Source: Acidobacteriota bacterium (GTDB lineage Bacteria; Acidobacteriota; Terriglobia; Terriglobales; SCQP01). From it: a stretch of DNA of 64,000 bases. The position numbers and the translations under genes were made by a program. Under the pieces are notes generated by a model, which saw only the letters and a program-made list of their open reading frames with translations, searched no databases and was not told where the DNA came from. The stretch spans positions 14,550-78,549 of the forward strand of contig JAJYIU010000014.1 in NCBI GenBank assembly GCA_021789895.1, given 5' to 3'. Shown here one piece after another: positions 27,746-36,059 of this stretch (within the stretch, counting starts at the first letter, position 1; the number at the start of each line of letters is the position of its first letter).

Positions 27746-30175
27746 ATGATTATGGGCGCTGAACTTCGCCAGGCGTTGCGCCAACTGATTCGCGAGCCCG
27801 GCTTTGCCGCCGCCGCCATTCTGGCGCTGGGGCTGGGGCTGGCGGCCAACACCGCCATTTTCTCCCTCGTCCACGGCATACTGCTCAGCCCGCTGCCGTT
27901 TCGCCAGCCCGGGCGCCTGGTGGCCATACAGGAACGCATTCCCAAGTTGGCGGCGCGCTATCCCATGATTCCCGTCAACGCGCGCGCCTGGCAGACATGG
28001 CAGCGGGACGCGCATACGCTGGATGGGATTGCGCTGATCGGCTTCAACAGCAGCTACAATCTCACCGGGGCCGGCGAGCCGGTGGCGCTGCAGACCGATG
28101 CGGTTTCCGCCAACCTGTTTCAAGTGCTCGGCGTACATCCTTTGCTGGGCAGCGATTTTTCAGCGAATGCCGACCGGCCCGGCAGCCGCCACGAAGCCAT
28201 ACTGACTTACGCTCTCTGGCGGCAGCGCTTTCACGCCGACCCGTCGCTGATCGGCCGCGGCATCACCCTCAACGGCAGCCTGTACATCGTGCGCGGGGTG
28301 CTGTCCCCCGATTTTCACTTTTTTAAAGGCACCGAGCTGAGCCCGATTATCTCGCTCGGCGCGTCGTCCAGCCTGTTCGTAGTCCATATCTTCCATAAAG
28401 ACGATCTCCAGGAAAGCGGCAATTTCAACTACGCCGCGATTGCGCGGCTGCGCCCGGGCGCGACCGCCGCGTCCGCCAATGCCGAACTGAACCGGCTGTG
28501 TCCCAGCCTGACCTCATCCGAAATACCTGAATTACAGGCGGTGGTGTTGCCCTTGCGGGCGATGGCGACCGCCGGCGCGCGACGCGGCTTGTGGCTGATG
28601 CAGGCGGCGGTGCTGGCCGTTTTGCTGATCATCTGCGTCAATCTGGCCAACCTGCTGCTGGCCCGCGCCGCCGCGCGCGAGCAGGAAGCCTCCTTGCGCG
28701 CCGCCCTTGGCGCCAGCCGCGGACGCCTGCTGCGCCTGGTGTTGATGGAATCGCTGCTGCTGGCCCTGGCCGGCGGCCTGCTCGGGCTGGCCCTGGCGGG
28801 ATTGGGCATGCACGCCCTGCTGGCCGCCGCGCCCGCCAGCCTGCCGCGCCGTTCCGCCGCCGGGCTCGACCTGCCGGTGCTGGCGTTTACTTTCCTGATC
28901 GCGCTGCTTTCCGGCTTGCTGGCCGGCGCCGCGCCCGCCTGGCGCCTGGCCCAAAGCCCGCCACGCAATGCGCTTTACGGCTCCGGTCCGCGCGCCGGCG
29001 CCAGCCGCCGCCGGGTGCGGGCGCATGCTTTTCTGCTCGGGGCCGAGGCCGCGCTCTGTGTCGCTCTGCTGCTGGTGGCCGGGCTGCTGCTGGCCGGCTT
29101 TGCCCGCCTGACGGCCCAGCCCACCGGGTTTGCCATCCGGAGCGTGCGCGAGGTGCGCATCAATCTGACCTCCGCCGCCTATAAAAAACCGGATCCCCGC
29201 CGCCAGTTCTGGCTGCAATTGCTGGCTTCCGTGCAGCGGCTGCCGGGAGTCACCTCCGCCGCCCTGATCAACACCCCGCCGCTGGGCGGCAACAACGAAG
29301 TCAACCCGATCATGGTTCCGGGCGATACCCGCCCGCTGATCGAGCAGCCGATTGCGAATTACCGTTGGGCCACCCCCGGGGCTTTTCGGCTGCTGCACAT
29401 TCCGCTGCTTTCCGGCCGCCGGTTCACCGCCGCCGACCGCGGCCAGCCGGTCGCGCTGGTTTCCGCCGCCGCCGCACGCGCCGCCTGGCCGGGGCGCAAT
29501 CCCATCGGCCAGCTCTTCCGCCGCGATCCGGATTCCAAGCAAGCGTTTCGCGTAGTGGGCGTGGTTGCCGATATGCGCGGCATCGGGTTGTTCGATTCGC
29601 CGGGGTTGATGGTTTATCGGCCTTTCGACGCCCGCTACGGCGCGACCCTGCTGCTGCGCAGCCGCCTGCCCGCCGCTTCGCTCGCGCCCGAGCTGCGCCG
29701 CGCCGTCTGGAGCCTCGATCCGGAGCTGCCGGTGGGCCGGGTGCGCTCCATGCGCCAGGTGATGGATCGGGCGCTGGCCCCGAACCGCTTCCAGCTTCTG
29801 CTGGTTTCCGTTTTTGCCCTGGCCGCGCTGCTGCTGGTCGCCTTCGGCATTTATGCGGTCGTGGCCTACGCCACCCAGCGCCGCACGCGCGAAATCGGCA
29901 TCCGCGTGGCGCTCGGCGCCGGCCCTGCGGCTATCTATCGCCTGCTGGTGCTGCAGGCGCTGCGCCCGGTTGCCGCCGGCGCGCTGATCGGCCTGGCCGC
30001 CGCCATCGTGGCCGGGCGCTGGCTCTCCAGCCTGCTGTTCAACGTTCCGGCTTACGATCCAACAGTGCTTGCGGCAGTGATCGCGGTGCTGCTCGCCGCC
30101 GCCCTGCTGGCCAGTTCGTTGCCCGCCCGCGGATCGCTGCGCCTCGATCCGGTCGCCGCTCTGCGGCAGGAATAG
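27746..30175 (+). CDS. ADOP-type duplicated ABC permease (two MacB_PCD + FtsX modules)
   Basis: N-terminus LRQALRQLIREPGFAAAAILALGLGLAANTAIFSLV. Two FtsX modules, the second with QRRTREIGIRVALGAGP. No adjacent ATPase. ATGs at 27746 and 27752. Confidence 0.9.
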   Translation: MIMGAELRQALRQLIREPGFAAAAILALGLGLAANTAIFSLVHGILLSPLPFRQPGRLVAIQERIPKLAARYPMIPVNARAWQTWQRDAHTLDGIALIGFNSSYNLTGAGEPVALQTDAVSANLFQVLGVHPLLGSDFSANADRPGSRHEAILTYALWRQRFHADPSLIGRGITLNGSLYIVRGVLSPDFHFFKGTELSPIISLGASSSLFVVHIFHKDDLQESGNFNYAAIARLRPGATAASANAELNRLCPSLTSSEIPELQAVVLPLRAMATAGARRGLWLMQAAVLAVLLIICVNLANLLLARAAAREQEASLRAALGASRGRLLRLVLMESLLLALAGGLLGLALAGLGMHALLAAAPASLPRRSAAGLDLPVLAFTFLIALLSGLLAGAAPAWRLAQSPPRNALYGSGPRAGASRRRVRAHAFLLGAEAALCVALLLVAGLLLAGFARLTAQPTGFAIRSVREVRINLTSAAYKKPDPRRQFWLQLLASVQRLPGVTSAALINTPPLGGNNEVNPIMVPGDTRPLIEQPIANYRWATPGAFRLLHIPLLSGRRFTAADRGQPVALVSAAAARAAWPGRNPIGQLFRRDPDSKQAFRVVGVVADMRGIGLFDSPGLMVYRPFDARYGATLLLRSRLPAASLAPELRRAVWSLDPELPVGRVRSMRQVMDRALAPNRFQLLLVSVFALAALLLVAFGIYAVVAYATQRRTREIGIRVALGAGPAAIYRLLVLQALRPVAAGALIGLAAAIVAGRWLSSLLFNVPAYDPTVLAAVIAVLLAAALLASSLPARGSLRLDPVAALRQE

Positions 30176-30288
30176 AAGCAGCCGGGGCAGAGAAAATGCC
30201 GCGCCATGCGGCTGGTTTCGATGAGGGTGCTGCGCTACGAGTGAAAAATTAACGATTAAAATGCCAATTTAAAAATTTCATGCAAATT

Positions 30289-30432
30289 TACTGTCAGTAC
30301 TGTCAGTGAATGTTTAAGCTTTTTAGAATCAACAAATTGTACTGACAGCAAGTCAAAAACTGCTGTCGGTGAAAAATGTGAAATTTCTGGCCTAACTCCC
30401 GTCGCAACTATAATTTAGTAGCACTGACAGTA
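30289..30432. repeat. array of the palindromic 9-mer ACTGNCAGT (5 copies) forming nested inverted repeats
   Basis: ACTGTCAGT at 30290-30298 and 30299-30307 (tandem). ACTGACAGc at 30341-30349. gCTGTCgGT at 30362-30370. ACTGACAGT at 30423-30431. The 11-bp TACTGTCAGTG (30298-30308) is the exact reverse complement of 30422-30432. Confidence 0.7.
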
Positions 30433-30681
30433 ACTTTTCGAGATTGCCGGCGAACCCCGTCGGTAGTGCTTGTGAAGCCACGGCCGTCTCAGGCTGTGCC
30501 CTCGCCCTCATATCCGCCGGACAGATGAAAAAATGAGACATGCGGCTGCGCCGAATATATCCGAATTCTGAGGATAAGCCTTTATGAACAAGGTAGATAC
30601 GGCGCCGGGGGCCGTTAAAAAGAGACATTTGGCATTTTATATCGCTGCCGTGAAGCACCAGACAGTACAGCCCGGAGGCGA

Positions 30682-31308
30682 TCAGGAATGGGCCATCGGC
30701 TCTGTTTCGCGCGCGCGCCGTGCCCAGGCCAGCAGCGCGCGCGCCGCCTGGCCACGGTGGCTGTAGCCGGCTTTTTCCGCCGCCGTCAGCTCGGCAAAGC
30801 CCCGCCCGGCCGCGGGGGAAAAAAACAGCGGATCGTAGCCGAAGCCGTGCTGGCCGCGCGGGGAATCCAGGATGAAGCCTTCCGCCTTGCCCTCGAAGCT
30901 GGCCAGCACCTGGCCGGCGCGGGCCACCGCCAGCACACAGACGAAGCGCGCGCTGCGCCGCTCCGGCTCGATGCCGCGCAAGCGCTCGAGCAGCAGGCGG
31001 TTGTTGGTCTCGTCGTCGCCGTGGCGTCCGGCGTAGCGGGCCGAGCGGACGCCGGGCTCGCCGCCGAGCGCATCCACCACCAGCCCGGAATCGTCGGCCA
31101 TCACCAGCGGCGCTTCCGGCATGCGTTCCGCCGCCCAGGCGCTGGCGGCGGCGGCCTTCAGGCCGGCGTTGGCGAGAAACGTCTCGCCGGTTTCCTCGAT
31201 CTCCGGCATGGCCTCGATTCCCGGCAGCAGTTCCACCACGAGCGCGGGCGCCATGCCGTCGAAATCGCGCAGCTTGCCGCGATTGCGGCTGGCTAAATAA
31301 ATCTTCAT
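30682..31308 (-). CDS. rdgB: non-canonical purine NTP pyrophosphatase RdgB/HAM1
   Basis: MKIYLASRNRGKLRDF, FGYDPLF and SHRGQA motifs. 208 aa. The track ORF (to 31833) is a 5' over-extension. Confidence 0.9.
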   Translation of the reverse strand: MKIYLASRNRGKLRDFDGMAPALVVELLPGIEAMPEIEETGETFLANAGLKAAAASAWAAERMPEAPLVMADDSGLVVDALGGEPGVRSARYAGRHGDDETNNRLLLERLRGIEPERRSARFVCVLAVARAGQVLASFEGKAEGFILDSPRGQHGFGYDPLFFSPAAGRGFAELTAAEKAGYSHRGQAARALLAWARRARETEPMAHS

Positions 31309-31366
31309 CCCGCCGCGCCGGCGGGGCGACAGGAAGCGCGAGGCCGCGAATCCGGCCTTCGAATCC

Positions 31367-32359
31367 TCAAGCATTGACATCGAGAACGATCCGACCCTGA
31401 ATCTTGCCTTCCAGGATGGCTTGCGACAGCGCGACGACGCGCGAGAGCGGTTCGACCCGGCTGATGGCGTCCAGCGTTGCGGCCGGCAGCTCGCGTTCGA
31501 GCCGTTCCCAGACCCGTTTTCGCCTTTCCGGGCGGCAGCCGCTGGAGCTGATGCCCTGCAGCCGCACCCCGCGCAAGAGCAGCGGATAAACCGTGCCGGC
31601 CAGTTCGGCGCCGCCGGCCAGCCCGCAGGCGGCGATGGCGCCGTCGGCCGCGGTGGCGGCCAGCAGGTTGGCGAGCATTTTACCGCCGGCATTGTCCACT
31701 GCCCCCGCCCAGCGCTCGCTGTCCAGCCCCGGCGGCGTTCCCTCCAGCTCGGCCCGCGGCACGATGCGCCGCGCTCCCAGCCGGCGTAAATAAGGCTCCA
31801 GTTGCGGACGTCCCGTGATCGCCGCGACGGCATAGCCGCGCGCGGCCAGCAGCGCGACCGCTACCGAGCCCACGCCGCCGGCTGCGCCGGTGACGGCGAT
31901 TTCCCGCTCCCCCGGCCGCACGCCCGCATCTTCCAGCGCCATCAAGGCCAGCATGGCGGTCAAGCCGGCGGTGCCAATCGCCATTGCCTGACGGGTGGAA
32001 AAGCCCGCCGGCAGCGGCGTCAGCAGCTCCGGCCGCAGGCGCTGGCGACGGCTGTAGCCGCCCCAATCGGTTTCGCTCAGCCCCTGGCCGGTGACCACTA
32101 CCGCGTCGCCGGGCTGGAAGCGCGGATCGGAGGAGGATTCGACCCGGCCGGCCAAGTCAATGCCCAGCACCATCGGCGAGCGGCGGATGATTTTGCCGCG
32201 TCCGGTCACCGCCAGCCCGTCTTTGTAATTCAGCGAGGAGTATTCGATCTGGACCAGCACGGGGAAGGGCGGCAAGTCCAGGTCGCGCAGTTGGCGGAAG
32301 CCGGCGCGGTAGCCGGCGGGGGTATTTTCCGCAACCAGTGCAGGGAAGGCGGCGCTCAT
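31367..32359 (-). CDS. NADPH:quinone oxidoreductase, YhdH/YhfP (MDR) family
   Basis: SSLNYKDGLAVTG, VTGAAGGVGSVAV and C-terminus GRIVLDV. ATG at 32359 overlaps the rph stop by 4 nt (ATGA). Confidence 0.9.
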   Translation of the reverse strand: MSAAFPALVAENTPAGYRAGFRQLRDLDLPPFPVLVQIEYSSLNYKDGLAVTGRGKIIRRSPMVLGIDLAGRVESSSDPRFQPGDAVVVTGQGLSETDWGGYSRRQRLRPELLTPLPAGFSTRQAMAIGTAGLTAMLALMALEDAGVRPGEREIAVTGAAGGVGSVAVALLAARGYAVAAITGRPQLEPYLRRLGARRIVPRAELEGTPPGLDSERWAGAVDNAGGKMLANLLAATAADGAIAACGLAGGAELAGTVYPLLLRGVRLQGISSSGCRPERRKRVWERLERELPAATLDAISRVEPLSRVVALSQAILEGKIQGRIVLDVNA

Positions 32360-33099
32360 AGCCGCGCCGCCGCGCCGGCGGGCAGGCCCAGGGCCGCGCG
32401 CTGGGCCGCCAGCAACTCGGCGATGCCGCGCCGGGCCAGGGCCAGCATCTGCTGCCATTCCGATTCCTGGAAGGGGCGCCGTTCCGCGGTGGCCTGCAAC
32501 TCGATGAATTCGCCGGCGCCGGTCAGGGCGACGTTGATATCCACCTCGGCGCGCGAATCTTCCTCGTAGCAGAGATCCAGCCAGGCTTCGCCGCCGACCA
32601 GGCCGGCGCTGACCGCGGCCACCGCGGTGCGCAGCGGCAGCCGCGGCAGCGCGCCGCTGGAGGTCATCGCCGCCAGCGCCTGGTAGAGCGCCACCCAGGC
32701 GCCGGTGATGGCGGCGGTGCGCGTGCCGCCATCGGCCTGCAGCACGTCGCAATCCACCAGCAGGGTGCGTTCGCCCAGTCCCTTCAGATCGGTCGCGGCG
32801 CGCAGCGCCCGCCCGATCAGGCGCTGGATTTCGTGCGTGCGCCCGCCCACGCGGCCGCGGCTGGATTCGCGCGGGGTGCGGGTCAGCGTCGAGCGCGGCA
32901 GCATGCTGTATTCGCAACTGATCCAGCCCTGTCCGGAGCCGCGCAAAAACGCCGGCACGCCTTCCTCCACCGACACGGTGGCGATCACGCGGGTATTGCC
33001 CAGCTCGATCAAGGCCGAGCCTTCCGCCGCCGGCATGAAGCCGGGATCGATCCGCACCCGGCGGAGCTGATCGGGGGCACGCAAGTCTTGCCGCATCAT
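32356..33099 (-). CDS. rph: ribonuclease PH
   Basis: GRVGGRTHEIQRLIGRALR and DCDVLQADGGTRTAAITGA motifs. Confidence 0.95.
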   Translation of the reverse strand: MMRQDLRAPDQLRRVRIDPGFMPAAEGSALIELGNTRVIATVSVEEGVPAFLRGSGQGWISCEYSMLPRSTLTRTPRESSRGRVGGRTHEIQRLIGRALRAATDLKGLGERTLLVDCDVLQADGGTRTAAITGAWVALYQALAAMTSSGALPRLPLRTAVAAVSAGLVGGEAWLDLCYEEDSRAEVDINVALTGAGEFIELQATAERRPFQESEWQQMLALARRGIAELLAAQRAALGLPAGAAARL

Positions 33100-33157
33100 G
33101 ATGGTTGCACCTGGAATCGGAGCAGGATCCCGCGCCGCGGGATCAGAATCGCGAGCT

Positions 33158-33649
33158 TCAACCCGGCCGCAGCGCCGGCACCGCGTCGCCGCTCTCGAAC
33201 AGCGGCGTCGGCTCGGCCGCGTTGGCTTCCGCGTATTCGCGGTTCAGCGCCTCGTATTCGTCGCGCACGAAGCCGACGATGGCGCGCTCGATCTTTCCCT
33301 GGCGGCCGACGCTGAACACCGTGGGCACGTGGGTCAGCCCCCAGGCACGGCTGACCACCCCAGCCGCATCCAGGGCGGCCGGGAAATTGAAGTCGTATTC
33401 CTGGGCAAAGCGCCGGGTGGCGGACAGGTCGTTTTGCGAGATACCCAGCAGCAGCGAGGCCGTTTGCCCGTAACGCCGCCGCAGGCGCTCCAGGAAGGGC
33501 AGGCTGAACTGACAGATGGGGCAGTCGGTGCGGTAAAACACCAGCATCACCGGGCCGTGTCCCAGCGCCTGCCGGAGCGAGAAGGTGCGTCCATCGGTTT
33601 GGGCAATTTCCAGATCGGGGGCCGGGGTTCCCGGCGTGAGCGCGGCCAT
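33158..33649 (-). CDS. redoxin/TlpA-like thiol-disulfide oxidoreductase (AhpC/TSA fold)
   Basis: CPIC active-site motif in VMLVFYRTDCPICQ. ATG at 33649 is preceded by GGAGG 7 nt upstream. No signal peptide. Confidence 0.85.
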   Translation of the reverse strand: MAALTPGTPAPDLEIAQTDGRTFSLRQALGHGPVMLVFYRTDCPICQFSLPFLERLRRRYGQTASLLLGISQNDLSATRRFAQEYDFNFPAALDAAGVVSRAWGLTHVPTVFSVGRQGKIERAIVGFVRDEYEALNREYAEANAAEPTPLFESGDAVPALRPG

Positions 33650-33787
33650 GCGACTGCCTCCGAACGACAGCTTTATTTTAATCCGCATTTCCTTTTTGGC
33701 CTATGGAATTGAAACCTTGGGACATTGAAAACGTCAGTATTTATGCAGGTGCGGCAGGGGTTGGAGCACCGCGGAGGCCGGAACTCA

Positions 33788-33979
33788 ATGGGTGAGAACG
33801 AAAAACGAGCGTTTCAGCTTAGTTTCAACCCTTCAATCCGGGTCGCTTTCCAGGGCTCGCGGGTCACATCCGATGGCGGCTTGCTACTGTTGCGTGAACT
33901 GGATGAGCGGCTCGGCTTGGGAGAGTTTGCTGCTGAATGTCTGACCGATGCGCGAGCGAAGAATGCGCAACTGCCGTTG
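33788..33979 (+). pseudogene. N-terminal fragment (~64 codons) of an IS1380-family-like transposase
   Basis: FQGSRVTSDGGLLLLRELDERLGLGEFAAECLTD resembles the conserved N-terminus of IS1380-family transposases. Similarity stops at ~33979, where the sequence becomes AT-rich filler. No DDE domain follows. Confidence 0.6.
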
Positions 33980-34220
33980 AGAATTATGCTAATAAATGAA
34001 ATTAAAAAAATAAAACGGGATCCAAATAAATATTTTCACTTAGATTTCTATAGCTTAGGAAGGAAACGCGAACAGGGTAAATTCGACGTAGTAACCGAGC
34101 AGTAAACTTCGCGGCCGGAGGCAAAGCCGGAGCGGAGTAATTTTCAGTTTACGTTCACATTGCAAGGAGAACGATAAAGACGAAGGATTCAAGTACCGGA
34201 CGCCGTAGCGGAGGCAGTCC

Positions 34221-36059
34221 ATGGCCGCGAACGTTGCATTATGCCGATGGTTCTTTTCGCGCCGGGCGGGGCATGCATACCGGAGGATAGCGAGTGTGGG
34301 AGCGGCCGGGCTGGCGTGGACGGCGCTAGCGCTGCCGGCGAAGGCGCAAACGCAGGCCCGGGCGGCGGGGAGGCCGGCGCAGGCGCGTCCGGCGGGGGCG
34401 CAGTCGAGGGTACCCAGGTTTCATGTCACCATCCGTCTGGTGCAAGTGCCGGTGACGGTCGAGGACGGCAAGGGACATTTCATCGCGGGCCTGAAGCAGA
34501 GCGATTTTGGGCTGTGGGTGGACGGGAAGCCAACCCCGATCGCGGCGATGGACGTGCCGCGAGACTTGCCAACCGCGATCAGGGTGCCGCGCGCGCCCGC
34601 CGGCGCATTTAGCAACCAAACCGAGATCGGCGCGCGCAACCACGTCATCTTTCTTTTCGGCGGCACACCCTGGTCAGGCATGCCGTATTTGCGGAAGGAA
34701 CTCCTAAAAATGCTCGCCCGCCAGCCGCTGCCGGCAGGCATCGATATAGCCATCTTCAACCTGGACTGGACTGGATTGCAATTAATGCTGCCATTTACGC
34801 GCGAACGCACGCAACTGGCCGCGACCATCAACAGCATTTTTGGCTTTACCCGCCATCATGGCTACCGGCCGCAACTCGTGCACCGATATGCCGACTCCGC
34901 GCGGTGGTATTCGAACGAAGATCCAGCGGAGACGATGTCGAGGATGATGGCATTCGATCATCTACACCTCATTGGACCAGCCGAGGAAGCATTGGAGCAA
35001 CCATATAACGATCAAATTAGCGCACTCTCGTTATTGGCCCGACTAATAAAAGGCGTCTCCGGACACAAGGAAATCATCTGGTTCACCACTAATATTGGCG
35101 GCAGCGTTTTCCGCTTGCCCGGCGGGCTTTACATATCCGCCGCCTCATCCAGCAATCAGGCCATAGAAAAATTAAATAAGATGCTGCAACTCATGAATAG
35201 CGCCAATGCGTCAATAATTTCAATCGATCCAAGCGGGCCGGCATTCAGCCTGGGGGCGATGCTGACTTTATCCAACGCCGACCACTATGCGCGCCAGACC
35301 GGCGGCCTGGCGCTGGGCGGCAACAACGATATTGCGAAGCTGGTGCGGGAAGCGCTGCAGTATCCACAAGACCAATACGTGCTTTATTTCAAGGCGAGAT
35401 CCAACTGGCGGCCGCCACGACGAACCCAACTGCAGCGTTTCGTCAATCTTTTCGATTACAGCACGCCCGCCAGCCGGAGGCGACAGCGATGGTATCGCAA
35501 AATCAAAGTCCGGGTATGGCGGCGCGGAGCGCATATCCTCTATCGCCGCGAATTCAAGCAGACGCACTATCAGCGCGGCGACGCAGCCAAACTACCGCTG
35601 GCGAATATCGCCTTCAACCCGATGGACTGGAGCGGACTGCCGATGCTGCTCCGGCCGGGGCCGGTGAGCGCGCCGATGCCGCCGTACTGGTCCGGGGCGC
35701 CGGCGGGCGAACGTATCCGGGAGATGCCGTTCCGGCTCGATCTGGCCGCGCGGCGGCTGCTGCACCGGCTTGACGACGGGCGTTACATTTACGATTTCAG
35801 CGTGGTGACGATCATGTTTTCCCCCGCCGACAAGGAGGTGACCCGGTTGCCGAATACCGACCATTATCAACGAACGTTAAGCGCGAGCCAGGCCGCCGCG
35901 CTGGCGAACGGCAGCATTCATTATGAAGGCCGCTTTGTCGAGCGCGCCGGGGCGGCGACGTTTGGCCGCGCCGTGGTGCTGGACAACATCAATGGCGCAG
36001 TTGGCACCATCACCATCCGGATCGGTTCGAGGCCGCCGGGGCCGCGAACAGGTGGTTGA
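34221..36059 (+). CDS. VWFA-related Acidobacterial-type domain protein (secreted)
   Basis: GGAGG Shine-Dalgarno 6 nt upstream. Signal peptide ending ALPAKA-QTQ. N-terminal block RFHVTIRLVQVPVTVEDGKGHFIAGLKQSDFGLWVDGKP is typical of this family. The central part has markedly lower GC. Confidence 0.8.
   Translation: MAANVALCRWFFSRRAGHAYRRIASVGAAGLAWTALALPAKAQTQARAAGRPAQARPAGAQSRVPRFHVTIRLVQVPVTVEDGKGHFIAGLKQSDFGLWVDGKPTPIAAMDVPRDLPTAIRVPRAPAGAFSNQTEIGARNHVIFLFGGTPWSGMPYLRKELLKMLARQPLPAGIDIAIFNLDWTGLQLMLPFTRERTQLAATINSIFGFTRHHGYRPQLVHRYADSARWYSNEDPAETMSRMMAFDHLHLIGPAEEALEQPYNDQISALSLLARLIKGVSGHKEIIWFTTNIGGSVFRLPGGLYISAASSSNQAIEKLNKMLQLMNSANASIISIDPSGPAFSLGAMLTLSNADHYARQTGGLALGGNNDIAKLVREALQYPQDQYVLYFKARSNWRPPRRTQLQRFVNLFDYSTPASRRRQRWYRKIKVRVWRRGAHILYRREFKQTHYQRGDAAKLPLANIAFNPMDWSGLPMLLRPGPVSAPMPPYWSGAPAGERIREMPFRLDLAARRLLHRLDDGRYIYDFSVVTIMFSPADKEVTRLPNTDHYQRTLSASQAAALANGSIHYEGRFVERAGAATFGRAVVLDNINGAVGTITIRIGSRPPGPRTGG

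Noticed and set aside
30289-30308. TACTG-N10-CAGTg, which resembles the E. coli-type LexA SOS box arms
   Set aside because: The match is an automatic consequence of two abutting ACTGTCAGT units. The spacer is not AT-rich. No SOS gene such as lexA, recA, uvrA or imuA is adjacent. I do not know that the LexA motif of this phylum is of the CTGT-N8-ACAG type.
30441-30480. GC-rich patch (…gccggcgaaccccgtcggtagtgc…) that looked vaguely like a tRNA T-arm or att-site fragment
   Set aside because: No GTTCGAATC-type T-loop, no acceptor-stem complement, and the hairpin is imperfect. This is not enough to call a tRNA fragment.
30392-30658. 88-aa minus-strand ORF inside the AT-rich gap downstream of rdgB
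   Set aside because: No recognisable motif and no SD. Third-codon positions are mixed A/T/G/C, unlike the strongly GC3-biased genes around it. The ORF also runs through the repeat array. It is kept only as a possibility to be tested by conservation or Ribo-seq.
30682-31833. Very long track ORFs implying large N-terminal extensions: rdgB to 31833, oxidoreductase to 32917, GT39 to 24142, GH63-like from 46305, TIM barrel to 62091
   Set aside because: The extensions are Arg/Pro/Ala-rich, overlap well-supported neighbouring genes, and lie upstream of internal starts that restore canonical family N-termini, signal peptides, SD motifs or ATGA-type coupling.
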